Of a DNA stretch of 64,000 bases, positions 28,491 to 36,881 are shown piece after piece. The notes under the pieces were generated by a model. It did not search any database. It saw only the letters and a program-made list of their open reading frames with translations, and was not told where the DNA came from. Source of the stretch: a virus. Lineage: Duplodnaviria > Caudoviricetes. The stretch is taken from the IMG/VR virus record IMGVR_UViG_3300042542_006078. One strand, 5' to 3'. Each line of letters opens with the position of its first letter. Within the stretch, counting starts at the first letter, position 1. Position numbers and translations under genes: made by a program.

Positions 28491-29729
28491 ATGTTGAAAT
28501 CTCGTAAAATAACAGAAAAAATAAATTTGAATCTTGTAGAAGGACTACAGGAAGTTGAAAAACAGATTGATGACTTGGTTGACTCTTGGTCATCACTCTT
28601 GAAAAAGGAACTGATTACTGGAACAACAGATGTTGACAGAAACCTTTGGGATAAATTCAAAGATTTTATTGATAATGTAAGTATTACTCCTCAGGGATTG
28701 ATACAAACAAAATCTCCTAGAAGAATGATTTTTGGCAAAAATCTTTCTCCAGACTTCAGTCAGTATTGGTCAGGGTCTTATCAAAAACCGAAAACCGCAG
28801 CAAATGATAAGACAGATTTCAAAAAGTTGTGGACTGGTAAGTATCAAAACAAAATGTCTCTTGAAGACTATAGAAATTTTCAAGAGATATTTTCCATGCT
28901 GTCAGAAGAATCAAATACTTCAAGTATTAAGATTTTCCAAATAATTGACAAACATGCAAATGAATTAAGAAAAAAATTGAAAGATTTATTTACAGTTGCA
29001 AGCAAATCTTCAAGTGCCATGCCAGCTTTGTCGTATCAACTTTCCCCAAAAGAAATAGAATTGGTGAGACAAAAATCTGATACGGAAATTCCAAATGTTA
29101 AAAAAGCTATTGAAAAAGCTCCAATTGAAAAAGACGAAAAAGAAAAAGTTCTAAAAATTATAAATAAATATATAATAAAAGACCAAGAAAAAACAGACGA
29201 TAAACAAAAACCAGTAGTTGGTAGTTCTTCAAGTTTTCGTGGCTTGAAAAAGACTTCAACTGAAACAAAGCCAACTGTATCAGGAAAAGAAGAAACAAAG
29301 CCAACTGTATCAGGAAAAGAAGAAACAAAGCCAACTGTATCAGGAAAAGAAGAAACAAAGCCAACTGTATCAGGAAAAGAAGAAACAAAGCCAACTGTAT
29401 CAACTGAAACAAAGCCGACTGTATCGGGAAAAGAAGAAACAAAGACTGTTGAAGATAATTTAGAAAATGTTCCAGCAATAGTCAAAAGATTTGTTCATGT
29501 TTTAGAAAATCAAAAAAAGCTGAGTCAAGAAATAAAAGATACTTTGAAAAATTGGCCAAGTCGAATAGACGACTTTTATTCATTTGTAACAGATATTTTA
29601 TTAGATGAAATCAAAAATTTGGAAACTAAGGAAAGAAAACATTTAAGAAAACAAATTGAAGAAACTGATAATCCAATAAATTTCCTTAAATTAGCTACAA
29701 CTATATTGATGAAATTGGGAGATGATTAA
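28491..29729 (+). CDS. Hypothetical protein with ETKPTVSGKE tandem repeats
   Basis: 412-aa ORF, K/E-rich, containing a VNTR. Confidence 0.7.
   Translation: MLKSRKITEKINLNLVEGLQEVEKQIDDLVDSWSSLLKKELITGTTDVDRNLWDKFKDFIDNVSITPQGLIQTKSPRRMIFGKNLSPDFSQYWSGSYQKPKTAANDKTDFKKLWTGKYQNKMSLEDYRNFQEIFSMLSEESNTSSIKIFQIIDKHANELRKKLKDLFTVASKSSSAMPALSYQLSPKEIELVRQKSDTEIPNVKKAIEKAPIEKDEKEKVLKIINKYIIKDQEKTDDKQKPVVGSSSSFRGLKKTSTETKPTVSGKEETKPTVSGKEETKPTVSGKEETKPTVSGKEETKPTVSTETKPTVSGKEETKTVEDNLENVPAIVKRFVHVLENQKKLSQEIKDTLKNWPSRIDDFYSFVTDILLDEIKNLETKERKHLRKQIEETDNPINFLKLATTILMKLGDD
29262..29444 (+). repeat. Coding VNTR, 30-bp unit gaaacaaagccaactgtatcaggaaaagaa
   Basis: Four perfect units, one 24-bp deleted unit, one unit with two synonymous changes, then a partial unit. 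Confidence 0.95.
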
Positions 29730-30145
29730 CTGCCTCCCTTGTTAATCATCTTCTTGTTAAATTCTTGCGCTTGTTTTGAGAGCGCAGCAAGAGTCGCTGG
29801 ATCAACATATGGCGATGCTGAAGGATCAACTCCAATAATCATGGGATTATTGTTGGGTGTATTCTTTTTGACTTGATTGACTATATTTTCATATTCGGGA
29901 TTATTTTCATCTATTACTTGCTCTTCAAGTAATCCGACTACAAATTGCATAGAATAAAAATTCTTACATCCAGTTAAATGATGCCTTGTAAATATTCCAT
30001 CCTCATCTATTGATTCTACTATTCCAGTAAAGAAATCAGCAAATTGATGATCTTGTAAATTATTTTTGCCTATTCCGGTTGTCAAAACCGTGCATACTTT
30101 ATTGACAAACTGTTCTTGTAATTTTTTAATTGTTGTAATTTTCAT
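29726..30145 (-). CDS. Hypothetical protein (Sm/SH3-like beta domain possible)
   Basis: 139-aa ORF; FTGIVESIDEDGIF motif. Confidence 0.6.
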   Translation of the reverse strand: MKITTIKKLQEQFVNKVCTVLTTGIGKNNLQDHQFADFFTGIVESIDEDGIFTRHHLTGCKNFYSMQFVVGLLEEQVIDENNPEYENIVNQVKKNTPNNNPMIIGVDPSASPYVDPATLAALSKQAQEFNKKMINKGGS

Positions 30146-30714
30146 GTGTACAAACTATATCCTATGCTAAACCTATCAGTCTCAGAGTAAACACAATGCC
30201 AAAGAAGATTTTCAGAAATGCGAAACATTCTAAAATTCCAGCCTTCTTTGTCCCATGAAGTAACGATCTCTCCATCATCTGGATCACGATACCTGAAAAA
30301 AGATTTATTGCTCTCTCTTGCATAAGTGCAATATAACCTGAATCCTTTGTTGTTGCTATTAGTATGCCATCCCATGTATCCATTGTTTGGATACCAAATC
30401 CTACCACTTATGCCTATTTTTTTGATATTTTTGTCTTTTACATATCTGCTAATACGATTTGTCAGAAAATCAAAGTTTATATTGTTAAATTTGTATACAT
30501 TGCAATCGTATGTTGCCACTTCTCTATCTTTTTCAAGATATTCTTGCAACGCCTTTTCATCAACCCTTGATAATGCAAACTCGTTAGTTATTTCTGACTT
30601 GTATAATTTACGCTCAACTTTTTTGGGTTCATAATTAATTGTATCTATGACCTTTTGCAACCCAGATAAGATTAATTCATCATCTACTTTTAATTCTTCG
30701 TAATTTTTGTCCAT
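30142..30714 (-). CDS. 2OG-Fe(II) oxygenase-like protein
   Basis: WYPNNGYMGWHTN...WHCVYSETDRFSIG gives the HxD/N...H...RxS arrangement. Confidence 0.7.
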   Translation of the reverse strand: MDKNYEELKVDDELILSGLQKVIDTINYEPKKVERKLYKSEITNEFALSRVDEKALQEYLEKDREVATYDCNVYKFNNINFDFLTNRISRYVKDKNIKKIGISGRIWYPNNGYMGWHTNSNNKGFRLYCTYARESNKSFFRYRDPDDGEIVTSWDKEGWNFRMFRISENLLWHCVYSETDRFSIGYSLYT

Positions 30715-30759
30715 TTTGAATCTCCACTAAATTATAAGAGAAAAAAATAAAAAAATCAG

Positions 30760-30766
30760 ATAAATA
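30760..30766 (+). promoter_or_regulatory. Putative late promoter core ATAAATA
   Basis: Just upstream of GAGG-ATG 30782. Confidence 0.4.
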
Positions 30767-30781
30767 AAAAAGAGGTAAATT

Positions 30782-31285
30782 ATGAGACAAATGAAACAAA
30801 ATCGGCCACCAAAAAGCGATGATATTAAAGGCAATGTTGATCAAACAAAAATTGCCAGAGGCGCTTTACCAAGATTTAGTGGACAAGGCTATCATGCTGA
30901 CAAAAGAGAAAAAAGAGCAAGTGATCAAAAAAGAAAAGAGCTTCGTAACGAAGTTGCTCCTGTAGGTTTCCCCACTTTTTCTGAATGGCTTAAAAATAAT
31001 CATGGTGAAATTTATGATGAAAATGCGAAAAGCATATTATTGGCTGGTTTAGCAGGTGCAGGTATTGGAGCGGGTTTAGGAGCGGCTGCGCCTTATGCGA
31101 AAGAGTATGATCCTGAATATAGATTGCATCATGCTCTTGGAGCAACAGATACAGCTAAGGATGTATTTGCAAATATGTCAACGGGAAAAAGAGTTGGATT
31201 AGGTGGAGCTATTGGTGCTGCTGCTGGTGCTGGGGCGCTTGCTAGTGCGTTGAGAAAAAGAAAAGGTAACTGGATGAAAAAATAA
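30782..31285 (+). CDS. Glycine-zipper protein with a basic N-terminus
   Basis: Two G/A-rich hydrophobic helices (LLAGLAGAGIGAGLGAAA; VGLGGAIGAAAGAGALA). Confidence 0.65.
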   Translation: MRQMKQNRPPKSDDIKGNVDQTKIARGALPRFSGQGYHADKREKRASDQKRKELRNEVAPVGFPTFSEWLKNNHGEIYDENAKSILLAGLAGAGIGAGLGAAAPYAKEYDPEYRLHHALGATDTAKDVFANMSTGKRVGLGGAIGAAAGAGALASALRKRKGNWMKK

Positions 31286-32350
31286 CTATTGCCATATATC
31301 GCTAAATGCGAAGTAATCTCCGACAGTACCCCTAGGCCCCGAATAATCAAGGGGCCTTTGGTTTTTGATGATGTAATGATGCAACATAGCTGGACTGTTC
31401 CTGACCAAAAACTCATTCCAGTCGTTGTATCCTTTTGGTGGAATCACATACATTAGTTTTTCAGATGAGTTTTTGGCAGTTTCTAATGTTGCTATCATTG
31501 AACTCATCTTGGCCGTTCCGGCCTTTCCAGCATGATCTCTGTCTAGGCAAAGAACTGTTCTATAGTTTTTAAGAATCAATGCCTGCTTTTCGCTCATGTT
31601 CTTGCCACCGCAAGCAACGGCATTTAGTTCTGCCTGTTTAAGGCTCAATGAGTTGAATTCACCTTCACAGATGTATACAAGACTTCCATCTTCTGGCCAT
31701 TTTCCAGCCATAAATACAACATCTTCCTTGCCAACACCAACATCTTTAGGTGGGCCGAGATATTTGCATTTTGAATCGTGTAGCGCACGACCATTGTAAT
31801 AAATTAATTTTCCCTTTTTGTCATAATATGGTATGACGATCCTGTTCTTATATCTCCCATCCACGCAAATATACAAACCATCAATTGGCAGTTTTCGACC
31901 ATTCAAATAACCCTCTGCTTTTTGCCTCCATCTGTTATTGAGTCCAAGATCTGAAATTAAAAGACAACCACTGGGCATTGGCAGTCCAATTGGTTTTATG
32001 TCGAATTCTATAACAGGACCATCTTCTTTTAAGAACATTTCCTCCAATTCTTTCTCAAGATCACGGATGCTCCTGCTTCCATTTAACCTTGACAGAGCAG
32101 TGTCATGGTCACAGGAATCCACAATCATGATCAGTTTGACAAGGCTTCCTTTTTTATCAGTTTTGAAACAATGATATGCACCATTTTTACGCTTGAGCTT
32201 GCCGCCATCTGGGCTGCACCACAAGTGAAAATCATCGTCTCCCGGTTCAAATATACTGTGTATCCTAATTTCTGGACTACGAACCAAAACATTTTCATCG
32301 CCAAATCGATCTTTGGCCCATTTCTCAAAATGCTTGAAAGAAACACCCAT
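31286..32350 (-). CDS. DnaG/gp61-type DNA primase
   Basis: YLNGRKL...RIVIPYYD..GKLIYYNGRAL...KYLGP; TOPRIM ICEGEFN and LCLDRDHAG. Start placed at ATG 32350 after AAGGGAAG. Confidence 0.85.
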   Translation of the reverse strand: MGVSFKHFEKWAKDRFGDENVLVRSPEIRIHSIFEPGDDDFHLWCSPDGGKLKRKNGAYHCFKTDKKGSLVKLIMIVDSCDHDTALSRLNGSRSIRDLEKELEEMFLKEDGPVIEFDIKPIGLPMPSGCLLISDLGLNNRWRQKAEGYLNGRKLPIDGLYICVDGRYKNRIVIPYYDKKGKLIYYNGRALHDSKCKYLGPPKDVGVGKEDVVFMAGKWPEDGSLVYICEGEFNSLSLKQAELNAVACGGKNMSEKQALILKNYRTVLCLDRDHAGKAGTAKMSSMIATLETAKNSSEKLMYVIPPKGYNDWNEFLVRNSPAMLHHYIIKNQRPLDYSGPRGTVGDYFAFSDIWQ

Positions 32351-32389
32351 TTCACTTCCCTTTATCAAACAATAATACTAAAATATCAT

Positions 32390-33166
32390 ATGGAAGAAAA
32401 TAAACTAATTTGCGAACATATCTCTGTTTCAAGGAAACAAACTTGGGACTCTTGCCAGTTGGCATATAAATATCGCTACCACCTCAAGCTTGTTTCCGAA
32501 GAACCTGTGCAACCTTATTTCGGCTACGGAAAACTTGTCCATAAAATAGCAGAAGTTTATGTGGAAAATCAAGGCAAAAAACCAATTGAAGAAATCGCCT
32601 CTTCATGCATAAAAGGCGAAATTGTTGTCGAAGAAGGAAAGCCTCCTTTTGTTTTAGACACTGAATATAAAAGAAAACTTCCCGAACACATTAGAAACAT
32701 CAAAAAAATAAGCGATACTATAGGATTTGATGGAGAACTCGAATGGATGTTCAAATATGACATGAATCCACCTGACAATCACATGATTACTGGCGTGATA
32801 GACAGACTGATTATTCGTGGCGACAAGTTTTTCATACTTGATTACAAAACAACTAAAAAAGGTAAGTGGCGTAAAAACGCAAGCACAATTGGAAAAGACT
32901 TGCAACTAAGATGCTATGCAAGAGTAGTCAATAAGCATTTTGGAGCTAAACCAGAGAACATCCGAGCAGCCCTATACTATTTGGATGGTGGCGATCTTAT
33001 ATCGACTAGGTTTACAGAAGAAAGCATCATGACGGCAGAACAAGAACTTCATGAAACATACAAGCATATTCGCTCAACAAATCCAGATGACACATATGGA
33101 AAAGTTGGCGATCAATGCCGAAGATGCGACTGGAGAAAAATCTGTCCAGCATTTAGGACTTCATAA
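32390..33166 (+). CDS. PD-(D/E)XK nuclease, Cas4/AddB-like, probable Fe-S cluster
   Basis: SCQLAYKY; GVIDRL...ILDYKT; QLRCY; C-terminal CRRCDWRKIC. The true start is ATG 32390; the track extension overlaps the primase. Confidence 0.88.
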   Translation: MEENKLICEHISVSRKQTWDSCQLAYKYRYHLKLVSEEPVQPYFGYGKLVHKIAEVYVENQGKKPIEEIASSCIKGEIVVEEGKPPFVLDTEYKRKLPEHIRNIKKISDTIGFDGELEWMFKYDMNPPDNHMITGVIDRLIIRGDKFFILDYKTTKKGKWRKNASTIGKDLQLRCYARVVNKHFGAKPENIRAALYYLDGGDLISTRFTEESIMTAEQELHETYKHIRSTNPDDTYGKVGDQCRRCDWRKICPAFRTS

Positions 33167-33170
33167 TTTT

Positions 33171-34067
33171 TCAGGGCAACAAAATATATTCTGGTCTGAA
33201 TTCCTCTTTTGAACCACTATGATCTTTGATTTTAATTTGCTTGGCATTTCCGCTTACTTGTTTTTGATTAAGTAGGAATTCATATCCTTTTTGTTTTGAC
33301 CAGAATTTATGAATTACAAACAATGGTGTAAAGTAACCTTTGCCAGTACCATCACGGTACTGGGTTCCCCAACATGTTCCTATATAACTACCATCATCAT
33401 CTATAAGTCCTCCGCCACTCCTTCCGGGCCTTGGTGAATTATTGCGGGTAACCAAATCGTCGCCATCTATGCCAAGCATTTCAATGTCATAATGCGCTGT
33501 TTCTGTTCCAGAATCACAACCAACAGAATGTGAATGCTGACCCTTTACATACCTGTAATCCGAAGGGCCAATAGGAAAAAAGTTTGGTTCCCAGTCTGGT
33601 TTGAATGTAATCAGACCTGTATCTTGGCCATTAATGTAGCTATAGAAAATAACATTTGCATCATAAGATTTAGGAGCATCTAGTTTTTGGTCGTTGTGAT
33701 ACCAAACAATTACTTTACATTTCAAATTGCGTTTTTTGCCTTCTTCTGCATTCATTATGCCTTGTTCCCACAAGTGGCCACATGTAGCAACATATGCTGT
33801 TTTTTTGAAATTATCGAAATGAATTATTGTTCCTGATCCTGATGCTCCACCTACCATGATCTTTACAGAAGGAGCCAAATATTTCCTGAACTCAGGACCA
33901 CGCCTAGCTATTGGTGCTGGATTTTCATTGCCGAACTTGTCTCTCTCAAGAATCGGCATCCTGTCAAGGGAATCAATATCAAAAAACCTTGGATTGTCTT
34001 GATATGAATTAACAGGAGTAATTGCAAAAATCCACAAAGCAAGAGAATAAATTAATTTTTTAAGCAT
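33171..34067 (-). CDS. Secreted trypsin-like (S1) serine peptidase
   Basis: Signal peptide MLKKLIYSLALWIFAITPVNS; ATCGH (His), DTGL (Asp), GRSGGG (Ser). Confidence 0.85.
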   Translation of the reverse strand: MLKKLIYSLALWIFAITPVNSYQDNPRFFDIDSLDRMPILERDKFGNENPAPIARRGPEFRKYLAPSVKIMVGGASGSGTIIHFDNFKKTAYVATCGHLWEQGIMNAEEGKKRNLKCKVIVWYHNDQKLDAPKSYDANVIFYSYINGQDTGLITFKPDWEPNFFPIGPSDYRYVKGQHSHSVGCDSGTETAHYDIEMLGIDGDDLVTRNNSPRPGRSGGGLIDDDGSYIGTCWGTQYRDGTGKGYFTPLFVIHKFWSKQKGYEFLLNQKQVSGNAKQIKIKDHSGSKEEFRPEYILLP

Positions 34068-34118
34068 TTGAACTCCACAATAATTTGTGTAAAATATATA
34101 GTATTGGAGAAAACAATC

Positions 34119-34565
34119 ATGGCGACACTGACCGTTTCTCATCATCTTTACCTTACCAAGGAACAAAGATATGAACTGAATCAAGGCAAAGAAATAAAAA
34201 CAGTTGGAGTTTGCGTACCAGTATGGTTCCAAAAAGGAAACACATCAGAACCAGCACAGGAAATTTTTTGTAAATACAAAATTTATAATCCGAAAACTGG
34301 CGCAAACATTAAACAAGATGATGAAGGATTTGAGATTTGGATGCCAAGCATCAATAAAGATGAAGAATACATTGAAGGAGAAGGAAAAATTGCCATCCAA
34401 AAGAAAATAGGAACTTCGGAAAATTTGCTTGATTATAAAGATGGAGGAGAATCTAAATGCGATTTCAAATTATATCAAAAATTGTTAATCAATGATTCTT
34501 TGCACCACCTTGTGCATTTTATTGAAATAAAGCCTATTGAAATTCTGCTTGACACTATGGGTTAG
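34119..34565 (+). CDS. Hypothetical protein
   Basis: GGAG RBS before ATG 34119. Confidence 0.65.
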   Translation: MATLTVSHHLYLTKEQRYELNQGKEIKTVGVCVPVWFQKGNTSEPAQEIFCKYKIYNPKTGANIKQDDEGFEIWMPSINKDEEYIEGEGKIAIQKKIGTSENLLDYKDGGESKCDFKLYQKLLINDSLHHLVHFIEIKPIEILLDTMG

Positions 34566-35071
34566 GGGCAATCGTGTAGTTGCAATGACATTTTCAGGTT
34601 AACACTATCTCCGCTTGCCAATGTTATAGAAGAACTAAGTGGCGCAGATGAGACAAGTGTTCCTGTGTTGTCGGGAGTTGTGACCATGAAAAGATTTTTA
34701 ACAGGTCCGAATCCTGATGATGCTCCAGTATAAATCAGAGTTGGCGTTACTGCACGATAGATGCCTCCTATTGAAGTGATTGTGAATCCACTCGACGAAC
34801 TTATTGGAATTCTGGCATATCCTCCAGATACTGGCTCATCAATCAATGATGAAATTGTATCATTAATTGAAATTGTTGTTCTGTTATCGAGTCCAAAGTA
34901 ATAATTGTTTGGCAATATAGAGCCATCATTTGCAAAACATGCTGTTAAAAGAAACGCTTCACCCAATTGATGAAGAGTATTGTGAATATTACGGTCTTCC
35001 CAAATGACTTTGCCATTCCTAATATGTTGAATTGTTTCTATTTTCAATATTCCACGCCAATTATTTGTCAT
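34562..35071 (-). CDS. Putative virion structural protein (distant resemblance to 12766..13248)
   Basis: RG..KI.....G...W....HNT....G N-terminal pattern; S/T/G-rich beta composition. Confidence 0.5.
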   Translation of the reverse strand: MTNNWRGILKIETIQHIRNGKVIWEDRNIHNTLHQLGEAFLLTACFANDGSILPNNYYFGLDNRTTISINDTISSLIDEPVSGGYARIPISSSSGFTITSIGGIYRAVTPTLIYTGASSGFGPVKNLFMVTTPDNTGTLVSSAPLSSSITLASGDSVNLKMSLQLHDCP

Positions 35072-35580
35072 TTGAAATCTCCAAGACTAAATTTTATTTG
35101 ATTTTCTGGAGAAGAATAAATTAATTCTCTCACATTGAAACTCTTACCGTTAAAGTATTTATTACCCAAGAATTTTTCTCCTATTCCTTTTTTCATGTAG
35201 CAAATTGTAACATGAGGAATAAAAAAAGAATAAAAATTATCGAAATCTATGTTTTTTGAAAGTTTTTTGTTTACATCTATTATATCGTTGTTTGTTATTT
35301 CAACATATAAAACATCAAACTTACTGTTTGTCGTAAATAATTTTATATCACCTAATATACAATTAAATAAACTTTCTTCTACAATAGATTGTTTTATATT
35401 TCTTATAGATTGTTTTTTCAAATTACTTAAAACAGTAACATGAACATCGTGAACTCTACCGTATTGATCTCCGTTGATATATAAACAACTATCTTCAACT
35501 TGATCATAACACCAAGAAATAATTTCATCTGAAATTAAATCTGGTAATTCAGCTATGATATAAGAATTATCCAAAAACAT
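35068..35580 (-). CDS. 2H phosphoesterase (Acb1/gp57B-like or LigT-like)
   Basis: Two HxT motifs: DVHVTVL and FIPHVTICY. Confidence 0.8.
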   Translation of the reverse strand: MFLDNSYIIAELPDLISDEIISWCYDQVEDSCLYINGDQYGRVHDVHVTVLSNLKKQSIRNIKQSIVEESLFNCILGDIKLFTTNSKFDVLYVEITNNDIIDVNKKLSKNIDFDNFYSFFIPHVTICYMKKGIGEKFLGNKYFNGKSFNVRELIYSSPENQIKFSLGDFK

Positions 35581-35908
35581 TTTGTATTTCTCCGCTTTCT
35601 TCTTCTGGATAATCCAAGAGTTTTTTGGAATTTCGTTTATTTTTAATTTCTTCCAACTTTGTTTTCTCAGAATTAATTTCTTTGTCGATTACCTTTAGTG
35701 TGTTGAAATAATCATATTTTTTGACTGATAATTCTAATTTTCTTTTCTCTTGATTTGATTCACGAATTGATCTCTTTTTTTCTAAAGATTCCACAACATC
35801 CAATGCACGGACAATCAATGACTTGGCATCATTGAGAGCAAAGTCATCTGGAGCATTCAACAACGCTTGACGAAGTGAATTCTTGAGTGCTTCGGTATTA
35901 TTTTTCAT
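35567..35908 (-). CDS. Hypothetical coiled-coil protein
   Basis: 113-aa ORF in the minus-strand operon. Confidence 0.6.
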   Translation of the reverse strand: MKNNTEALKNSLRQALLNAPDDFALNDAKSLIVRALDVVESLEKKRSIRESNQEKRKLELSVKKYDYFNTLKVIDKEINSEKTKLEEIKNKRNSKKLLDYPEEESGEIQNVFG

Positions 35909-36881
35909 TTTGTCTCCTAAACAATTCTATCCATCTCAAATTAGATTCACCAATAATCTTGAATCCAGAAACATCTCCTTCTTGAAGAGACTTAAGAAGA
36001 TTTATTTTCTCTATTTTTACTTTCCATATATCTTGGTTTTCATCAATCGGAACATTCGTGAGGATTGTTCCTTTAGGAAGAAATGTTTTTATTCCCAAAG
36101 CTATTTGTTTTCTCTTATTTTCAAATAAGTCTCTATTCACTACAGGTTTCGACATGTACAAAGTTACCAATTGCTTAATTTTTGGGCTTTCCTTGAGTCT
36201 TTGCATTAAAGCCTGAATTTGATTCTTCATTCTTTCAGGCATTTCACTCAAAACAATATTTTCAATAACAAAACCATTTGTCTCTTTGAGTAAATCAAAA
36301 CTTGAAACAAATTGATTTCCTATTTCAACACGAGCTTTTTCAGCAATCCATTTATCAGAAGGCAAAGCTTTTATCATAATTGGATGATTATCCCATTCAA
36401 TTTTGCTCAATTCATTTTCTATTTTCAATACCATTTCTTCAAGGACAAATGTTGACTTATCAGTTAATGATTCGATTGCATAATCAACATCTTCAGGTTC
36501 TATTTCTTTTTTTAATATGTTTGATTGATAAAGCCAAAATTCAGATTCAATCAAATTGACAATTGATTCATCGAGAGAATTCTCAAAAATCCAATCTTCA
36601 ATTTTTTGTATATGGTTTAATATTTTTTTTGAATTGCCTTGTTCAAGGCAGATCATAAAGGATTCTATAAAAGGATAATCCGCTTCTTCCAATGCATTTT
36701 TTATTTTTTCACAGTCTATAGTTCTTCTTAGAGCATCACGGCTTTTATCATCGCTTTTCATTACAAGTCCAGATAGCGATGTTGTCAAATTCTCACGATA
36801 AAAATCAAGAGACATTCTAACAGTTGTAAGTTGAATTGATTTTTTTGAGATATAGTCTGATAAATTTTTATACATTTTCAA
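35898..36881 (-). CDS. Hypothetical protein downstream of the terminase
   Basis: 327-aa ORF with a 4-nt overlap to the terminase stop. Confidence 0.7.
   Translation of the reverse strand: MKMYKNLSDYISKKSIQLTTVRMSLDFYRENLTTSLSGLVMKSDDKSRDALRRTIDCEKIKNALEEADYPFIESFMICLEQGNSKKILNHIQKIEDWIFENSLDESIVNLIESEFWLYQSNILKKEIEPEDVDYAIESLTDKSTFVLEEMVLKIENELSKIEWDNHPIMIKALPSDKWIAEKARVEIGNQFVSSFDLLKETNGFVIENIVLSEMPERMKNQIQALMQRLKESPKIKQLVTLYMSKPVVNRDLFENKRKQIALGIKTFLPKGTILTNVPIDENQDIWKVKIEKINLLKSLQEGDVSGFKIIGESNLRWIELFRRQNEK

Noticed and set aside
20654-29444. 30-bp repeats as a possible CRISPR array, given the Cas4-like gene
   Set aside because: The units are head-to-tail without unique spacers, in frame within CDSs, and no cas1/cas2 is present.
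29036-29485. Minus-strand repeat ORFs (FVSSFPDTVG; LALFLLFLIQ)
   Set aside because: Antisense readings of the ETKPTVSGKE VNTR.
32105-34232. Long N-terminal extensions of track ORFs (32105 and 34232 starts)
   Set aside because: They overlap neighbouring genes on the opposite strand; downstream ATGs (32390, 34067) give coherent domain or signal-peptide starts.
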